A program made the position numbers and the translations under genes. Under the pieces are notes generated by a model. The model ran no database searches. It was given only the letters and a program-made list of their open reading frames with translations, and was not told the DNA's origin. From Aeropyrum pernix K1 (GTDB lineage: Archaea > Thermoproteota > Thermoprotei_A > Sulfolobales > Acidilobaceae), in NCBI RefSeq assembly GCF_000011125.1, contig NC_000854.2:390001-422000 (forward strand): DNA of 32,000 bases, read 5' to 3'. Positions 26,585-32,000 of the stretch are shown here, piece after piece. Positions within the stretch are counted from its first letter, which is position 1, and each line of letters opens with the position of its first letter.

Positions 26585-28222
26585 CTACTGTGATATTATT
26601 ATGTCGGTCTCCATCGGCGGGCTCCCGGTCTTCACTGCCGCGTATGTTTGTTGCGGGTTTATCTGGGTGGGGGTTCCGTATATCTGGATCTCCCTCTTAC
26701 CCGGGTCTATCCACGCTTTTAGCACTGTGCTGTAGCCCCCGGCTCTCGCGGCTTCCGCTGGGGCTACCTTTAGCCTGGCACCCTGTACCTGGAGGTGTGC
26801 TAGCGTCCTCCCCTGGGGTGTGTCTTGTATTATTAGGAGGGGTTTGGCGGGTGCTCCGCAGGGTGAGGGGGCGGGTGTTAGGGTTATCGTGTACCTCCCG
26901 TCGGCACCCTGGTTCTCTATGGCCAGGGGCTTCAGGGGTGTGCCCATGGTCTCCCGGGGTGTGTAGGCTATGGTTATTTCGAGGCCGGGGGTCCAGGACG
27001 CCTGTAGGGTCTCGCCCGGCTCTAGGGTTCTGGTGACGCCGGCTATGGAGGCCCCTATAATTGGGGGCGGGTTTAGGAGGGCGTCTATGCCGAGGCTTGG
27101 GGCCTGGTCTCTGCAGGCCAGCAGCGTTACCCTGGCGGGGGTGGGGTGGGGGAGGGTGGTGGTGTGGGTTGAGAGCGCTAGGGGGGCTGCCCCTGTGAGG
27201 GTTATGGTGGCCTCCAGGCTGGCCCTCGCCTCCCCCGGCTGGCTGCTGTGGAGGAGGGCTACTATGCCGGTGGCGGTGGCGAAGGCTCCCTGGGCCTGGG
27301 TGGCCCCGTTGGTGTAGCGGGGGCTCACCATCCACGCCTCCGTCCTGCCCGACACCGTCTCCAGCCCGTCGCTATAGACAACCGCCTCCACAGCCTTCCT
27401 GGGCTTGCCAGGGTAGGCTATGGTGCCACTGGCCTCAGCCTCGCCCCGGAGTACCATCATACCCGGGGGGTCGAGCCTCACCCCGGCCCAGAGGCCGTCG
27501 CCTGTGCATAGGGCGAAGCCGTAGACCTCCACAGCCCCGACCCCGGTATCCAGGGTCCCCAGCCTCTCCTCGCCGTAGCCCCCGCTACCGTCGGGCCAGA
27601 CCTCAGCCCCCAGGGCTGCTATCCTGGGGCTGCAGCTCCTGTCCAGCTCTATCTCCACCTTGAATACCGCGTCGATGGGCTCCCAGGCTCCAACGCTTAT
27701 GACCCAAGCCTCACCCAGGCCCGCCAGGCTGAACCATAGTCCAGCTATGTTGACCGCAGCCCCCAAGCCGCCCCCACCGCCCTCCTGGGAGCCGGGGCAG
27801 GTGTAGGGGGTTGGGTGTAGCCTGAGGCCTCCCCCCACGGTCTCCACACCCAGTATTACGGGGCTGCAGTCGTAGCCCTCCATGGCATCCACAACACCCT
27901 CAACCGCGGGCTCGGGGAGCTCAACCCTGGCCGCTACGCCCTCCCCCGGCTTCAGCACTACAACGCTCTCGACAGGCGCGCCGGGCGAGTAGAACCTCAC
28001 CTTGAGCGCCCCCGCCTCCACCCAGGCCTCCATGTAGAGGGGGTTGGAGGCAGCCGCTATCGACTGGGAGGCCGCCTCCCCGGCCCCCGCTATGAGGCCC
28101 GCGGTCCTGCCGCCCACGGACATGAGGGCCGCCGCCACGGCTACGGCGACCGCGACTGCCACCAGTGCGCCGTAGACCTCGCTCAAACCCCTCCTACGCC
28201 TAGCCAACAACCGGGCCACCAA
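26585..28222 (-). CDS. Surface protein with type-IV-pilin/archaellin-like N-terminus
   Basis: 545 aa; MVARLLARRRRG|LSEVYGALVAVAVAVAVAAALMSVGG resembles an archaeal class III signal; large beta-rich ectodomain. Confidence 0.7.
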   Translation of the reverse strand: MVARLLARRRRGLSEVYGALVAVAVAVAVAAALMSVGGRTAGLIAGAGEAASQSIAAASNPLYMEAWVEAGALKVRFYSPGAPVESVVVLKPGEGVAARVELPEPAVEGVVDAMEGYDCSPVILGVETVGGGLRLHPTPYTCPGSQEGGGGGLGAAVNIAGLWFSLAGLGEAWVISVGAWEPIDAVFKVEIELDRSCSPRIAALGAEVWPDGSGGYGEERLGTLDTGVGAVEVYGFALCTGDGLWAGVRLDPPGMMVLRGEAEASGTIAYPGKPRKAVEAVVYSDGLETVSGRTEAWMVSPRYTNGATQAQGAFATATGIVALLHSSQPGEARASLEATITLTGAAPLALSTHTTTLPHPTPARVTLLACRDQAPSLGIDALLNPPPIIGASIAGVTRTLEPGETLQASWTPGLEITIAYTPRETMGTPLKPLAIENQGADGRYTITLTPAPSPCGAPAKPLLIIQDTPQGRTLAHLQVQGARLKVAPAEAARAGGYSTVLKAWIDPGKREIQIYGTPTQINPQQTYAAVKTGSPPMETDIIISQ

Positions 28223-28294
28223 TAATGTGGGCGTGGCGCCCGGGGTTGGGGCGGGGGGTTTAGAAAGTGTGTTTGGGTGTGGATGCGGTATTCG

Positions 28295-29557
28295 CTATCC
28301 TCTCCTGGAGGCGGTGTATGCCGCTGCTAGGCCTAGGGCGAGGGCTAGGGCTGCGAGGACGGCTGTGAGCCTCCTGTCGGATAGCGATTGGAGCAGGTCC
28401 TCAGCCAGCCCCCTTGGCTCCTGGGTCTGGGTGTCCTGGGGTGGTGTTGGGGCTGTGGTGGTCTCACCCTCGCCGGGCGTCTTAGCCTCTATCCTGTATA
28501 CGGCCAGCGCCTGCTGGCCCCCCGAGACTATGTGCACAGCCGCCTCGCCGCCCCTGGTCCACACCCCCGCCACGGCCCCCTGGCCCTCCATCAGCTTGAA
28601 CGCCCACCAGTCTCCCCCGGAGGCTGGGCAGCCGGTGTAGACTGCTATGGCGGGTGATCCGTCGAGGCTGCCCCCGGCCACAGCTATCTCCCCGGCCTCA
28701 GGGTGCATGGCCGCCGCCACCCCGTACACCCTGTCCAGACCCGGCAGCGGCTGGGGCTCAGCGGCGGGTGGCGGCTGGGCAGAGCTCCACCCAGACCCGC
28801 CGCTCCACCAGGCTATGCAGCCGTCCCACGCCCTAGCCCCCGCGGGCAGGCCCTGGGGGAGAGGCACAGCCCACCACTCCCCCTCGCCGGCCGTGCAGGC
28901 TAGGGAGCCGCCTCCCCCCTCCTCTCTAGCAGTGGACACCAGGCACAGCGCACCCCCGGGGAGGAAGGCGGCGTCCACTGCCTTCTGATCGCCGGGCTCC
29001 TCGTAGGCGGCGGTGGAGACGGGCTTCCCGGCTATCAGGTCCACCTGGACAGCCGCGGCGTCCCAGCCCGTGTCTAGGCCTGTGTAGAGGGAGCCGGCGA
29101 CGAGGAGGGTGGAGCCCTGGAGGCTGGCGGAGTAGGCTCTGAACCCCTCCCCCAGTGTTATGAGCCTCTCCTCCCTGGGGCTCCCGTCCATGGTGTAGAC
29201 GGTTATGGCGAGGACCTCGCTCAGCCCCTGCCTCCCCCGGGAGTAGACTTGGAGGCCGCCGCCGGCCGCGTCAACCCCTATGGGCTCGAAGCCCTCCACA
29301 CCCTGGGGTGGCTGGAGGGGCCTGCTCCACTCTATAAACCCCCCGGTTAACAGTGCCAGCCTGAAACCGTCGCCGGTGTAGAGCAGCGCCGCCACCGAAC
29401 CCTCTACCACGTCGGCGTCAACCAGTATGTAGCCGCCCGGCAGGTCCACGGCCTGCACCAGGTCCAGCGTGAAGCCCCCGCCCACCCCGGAGGAGGGGGT
29501 GGAGAGGAGTGTGGGTGAGAGGACTAGCAGGGCCAGCAGGAGGCTGGTGAGCCTCAA
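28295..29557 (-). CDS. Secreted protein with C-terminal TM anchor, possible beta-propeller-like ectodomain
   Basis: 420 aa; N-term MRLTSLLLALLVLSPTLLS, Thr/Pro-rich linker EGETTTAPTPPQDTQTQEP, C-term LTAVLAALALALGLAAAYTASRRG. Confidence 0.7.
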   Translation of the reverse strand: MRLTSLLLALLVLSPTLLSTPSSGVGGGFTLDLVQAVDLPGGYILVDADVVEGSVAALLYTGDGFRLALLTGGFIEWSRPLQPPQGVEGFEPIGVDAAGGGLQVYSRGRQGLSEVLAITVYTMDGSPREERLITLGEGFRAYSASLQGSTLLVAGSLYTGLDTGWDAAAVQVDLIAGKPVSTAAYEEPGDQKAVDAAFLPGGALCLVSTAREEGGGGSLACTAGEGEWWAVPLPQGLPAGARAWDGCIAWWSGGSGWSSAQPPPAAEPQPLPGLDRVYGVAAAMHPEAGEIAVAGGSLDGSPAIAVYTGCPASGGDWWAFKLMEGQGAVAGVWTRGGEAAVHIVSGGQQALAVYRIEAKTPGEGETTTAPTPPQDTQTQEPRGLAEDLLQSLSDRRLTAVLAALALALGLAAAYTASRRG

Positions 29558-29622
29558 CCCCCGTATACACCCCAGGCTAGGCGGGCGGGGCCGCGGGCCT
29601 ATAAGGCTGAAGGCCCCGCTGG

Positions 29623-32000
29623 CTAGAAGTACTCCTCCTCCTCCAGGAGCCTCCGGGCTATCCTCTCCCTCACCCTGTAGAGACCCACAGCGAGTAGGGC
29701 GAGCCCTGTGAAGCCCACCGCTATTGGCCCGTACCTCTGGAGTAGCACCATGGGGCCGGGCTGGAGGGTTATGGTTAGGGTTGTGGACTGGGGTATCTGT
29801 ATGGTTCCTGTGGACTCCCTGTACCCGGGCTTCTCAGCCTCCAGAATGTAGAGGCCGTAGGGGGCCTGGAACGTGAAGACGCCGCTGGCGTCGGTGAGGC
29901 CTGAGGCGACCTCGACCCCCTCCTCGGACAGCACCCTCACCAGGGCCCCCTGCTGGGGGGTCCCCCTGTCGTCGACCACTAGTATTGTGGCGCTGTACAT
30001 TATGGGGCTTATCCTGAGCTCCACTTTCCCGGGCTCGTCGACGGTGAAGGTGAATGTCGTGTCCACCCTGTAGAAGGACTGGCCGGCCTCGGGGGTTAGC
30101 CTGGCCTGGTAGGTCCCCGGCGGGAGGGAGAGGAGGGCTTTACCCCTGACCACGGTCTCCACGCTATAGCCGAACCCCCCTTCGGGGGCCTGCCTCTCCA
30201 GCTCGACGATGTAGGGGAACCCTATCGGCTCGCCGGTTAGGGCGTCGAGGAGCCAGAGCTCCACGGTGAACCTCCTGTACTCTACCGTTAGTACGCCGGG
30301 GAGGAGCGCGCCCTCCTGGGTCACGGTCAGCCTGAGCTGCGTGTCTGTTAGGAGCGTGTTCTCCTCGAGAATTTTAACCTCGGCTATGTAGCTTCCAGGC
30401 CTGACGCCCTCAAGCCTCAGTATAGGGCCCTCGCCCCGGGCCCTCAGCTCGAGGGGGAGGCTGGTATGTCTAAGGATAAGCTCCACCTCCTCCTCAACTG
30501 GGTTGCCGTCTGGATCCGCAAGCCTTATAGCCACCCCGAACACTATGGGCTCCATCTCGACCTCCAGACTAGCGTCCCCCCAGATTTCCAGCGTTGTGCT
30601 CGCGGGCTTGAAGCCCAGTGCCCTCACCTCCAGGGTCGCCAGCCCGGGGGGCAGCTGGAGCACCGCCTCCCCGCCTATCCCCTCAACCTCGCCCTCCAGC
30701 TCGCCGAAGGGGCCCGAGTATATGTAGGCTACCGAGAACTCGGGGAGCCTAACTGAGAACTCCTTGTCGACAGCAGCTATCTTGACAGCGGCGAGCGGCG
30801 GCTTCAAAACCACCTCAACGCCGCCACCCTCCTCCGGCACCACTATGCTGCCCGCGTCAACCGCCACCTCAACACCGGCTATCGAAACCCTGTACTCGGC
30901 CCTGTAGACGCCGGGCCTGAGCCTGGCCTCGCCGCCGCCCTGGCTTATCTCAACCTCGAAAGGCCTCTCCTCCTCTATGGAAGCGTGGTCCAGGTAGAGG
31001 GCGCCCCATAGCACCGGCACCCTAGACCCGCCGACATCTGCTGAAACTGTGAACGCGACGTCCACCTTGAGAGGCTCTATGGGGATGTAGACTGTCCCGG
31101 GGGAGCTTATGGCGGCCTCAACGGTGGACCCCGGGTAGCCCTCGGCTGACACCTCCAGCGTGTAGACGCCCTCGGGCAGCACCGCTCTCTCGGGCAGCGT
31201 GAACTCCAGGGGCTCCTCTAAGGTAACGCCGTTGAACGCTATTAGAACTGCCCTGGCACCCTCTATCACCCCCCTCTCAACGCCGAGGTCCTGGTCGTAG
31301 CCCACGAGGTCGACGGTGTAGGCCTTAGGCTTTATCGATATAGACACTGCAGTCGTCTCCTCCCCTATGAATGCTCTCGAGCCGCTTACGGAGCTGCCTG
31401 CAGCGGCCTCTATTATGTACGAGCCGGCCCTCACGCTGGCCACTGCTGAGCCCGTTTCGTCGGCAACCACGGAAACAGGGTCCACTCCCAGGGCTTCTAG
31501 CACGGGGTCGTCGGGCCTCAGGGTCACCGAGGCCAGCCCGGCGGGGGATGGTGGGAGATCCACTTTCGAGGAGCCTATTATAGCGGTGGAGTGGGAATAG
31601 TAGACGTTAACCTCCACCTCCACTACCACAGGGTCGAGCGTTATTGTTGCGAAAACCCTGTCCTGCGCCAGAGTCAGGCTGTACAGGCTCGGCCTATAGT
31701 AGCCGGGCAGCTCGGCCTCGAGGGTGTAGCTGCCGAAGGGCAGCCTTACCAGGGCTGTGCCCCCCTCCACCTGGAGGGTCTTCTGGGATGACTGGCTGTA
31801 CCCGTGCCACGTTATCCTGAGTAGGGCTGAGGGGAGCTCGACGCCCAGGTCCGAGTCGAGCAGGGCTACCTCTAGCTCGCCGTAGATAGGCTTCAAGCCG
31901 AGTTTAACCTGGACACCGCTCCGGCTAGCCTTGAAAAGGTCTATCTCAAGCCTGGCGCCCTCAGTGTAGGGGTGTGTGACGGTGATCTCGTAAACGCCGG
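29623..32000 (-). CDS. Large surface protein with repeated PEGA / carboxypeptidase-regulatory-like beta-sandwich domains, partial at right edge
   Basis: The frame stays open past the track start at 31896 to the window end (...GVYEITVTHPYTEGARLEIDLFKASRSGVQVKLGLKPIYGELEV). Repeated motifs GSYTLEAELPGYYRPS, GVYTLEVSAEGYPGST, PGLATLEVRALGFKPAS, YGLYILEAEKPGYREST; C-term TM PIAVGFTGLALLAVGLYRV. Confidence 0.85.
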   Translation of the reverse strand, partial: GVYEITVTHPYTEGARLEIDLFKASRSGVQVKLGLKPIYGELEVALLDSDLGVELPSALLRITWHGYSQSSQKTLQVEGGTALVRLPFGSYTLEAELPGYYRPSLYSLTLAQDRVFATITLDPVVVEVEVNVYYSHSTAIIGSSKVDLPPSPAGLASVTLRPDDPVLEALGVDPVSVVADETGSAVASVRAGSYIIEAAAGSSVSGSRAFIGEETTAVSISIKPKAYTVDLVGYDQDLGVERGVIEGARAVLIAFNGVTLEEPLEFTLPERAVLPEGVYTLEVSAEGYPGSTVEAAISSPGTVYIPIEPLKVDVAFTVSADVGGSRVPVLWGALYLDHASIEEERPFEVEISQGGGEARLRPGVYRAEYRVSIAGVEVAVDAGSIVVPEEGGGVEVVLKPPLAAVKIAAVDKEFSVRLPEFSVAYIYSGPFGELEGEVEGIGGEAVLQLPPGLATLEVRALGFKPASTTLEIWGDASLEVEMEPIVFGVAIRLADPDGNPVEEEVELILRHTSLPLELRARGEGPILRLEGVRPGSYIAEVKILEENTLLTDTQLRLTVTQEGALLPGVLTVEYRRFTVELWLLDALTGEPIGFPYIVELERQAPEGGFGYSVETVVRGKALLSLPPGTYQARLTPEAGQSFYRVDTTFTFTVDEPGKVELRISPIMYSATILVVDDRGTPQQGALVRVLSEEGVEVASGLTDASGVFTFQAPYGLYILEAEKPGYRESTGTIQIPQSTTLTITLQPGPMVLLQRYGPIAVGFTGLALLAVGLYRVRERIARRLLEEEEYF

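Noticed and set aside
26697-27335. 212-aa - strand ORF and the overlapping + strand ORF 26970-27317
   Set aside because: Pro/His/Arg-rich shadow frames overlapping the pilin-like gene; composition is consistent with out-of-frame reading of GC-rich DNA.
1-32000. CRISPR array, transposon, integrase, toxin-antitoxin operon of two genes, rRNA or SRP/RNase P RNA
   Set aside because: No regularly spaced repeats, transposase/integrase motifs, two-gene TA pairs or conserved rRNA/SRP/RNase P signatures were recognised; only the single-gene RHH-PIN fusion resembles a TA element.

Overview
The window looks like ordinary high-GC chromosomal DNA from a hyperthermophilic crenarchaeon, most likely Aeropyrum or a close Desulfurococcales relative (inferred from gene content, archaeal TATA-like promoters and an intron-bearing tRNA; no search was run). 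From left to right: (i) an aromatic amino-acid operon on the - strand with split transketolase, DAHP synthase and 3-dehydroquinate synthase (partial at the left edge); (ii) a large secreted, membrane-anchored protein resembling an (alpha/alpha)6-barrel enzyme; (iii) an enoyl-CoA hydratase followed by an unlisted 50-aa membrane micro-ORF; (iv) a cluster at about 7.7-11.9 kb with two anchored Met/His-rich OB-fold-like proteins, a multi-TM protein, a winged-helix regulator next to a perfect palindrome, an SQR-like flavoprotein and a CC-MM-GWGWG micro-membrane protein; (v) tRNA-Asn(GTT) and a probable tRNA-Trp(CCA) interrupted by about 37 nt at a non-canonical position; (vi) Nudix, HAD-like, L24e/TRASH-like zinc-finger and fused MoaD-MoaE genes; (vii) an RHH-PIN fusion overlapping a VWA gene, followed by a degenerate second VWA-like ORF offset by one base across a G7 run; (viii) a surface locus at 17.4-32 kb containing a giant subtilisin-family protease, a 1554-aa S-layer protein with a long C-terminal coiled coil and TM anchor (tetrabrachion-like architecture), and three further surface proteins including one with a type-IV-pilin-like N-terminus. 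No CRISPR array, transposase, integrase or rRNA was recognised. The strongest candidates for follow-up are the S-layer/protease/surface locus, the tandem-VWA frameshift with RHH-PIN, and the Met-rich/OB-fold redox cluster.
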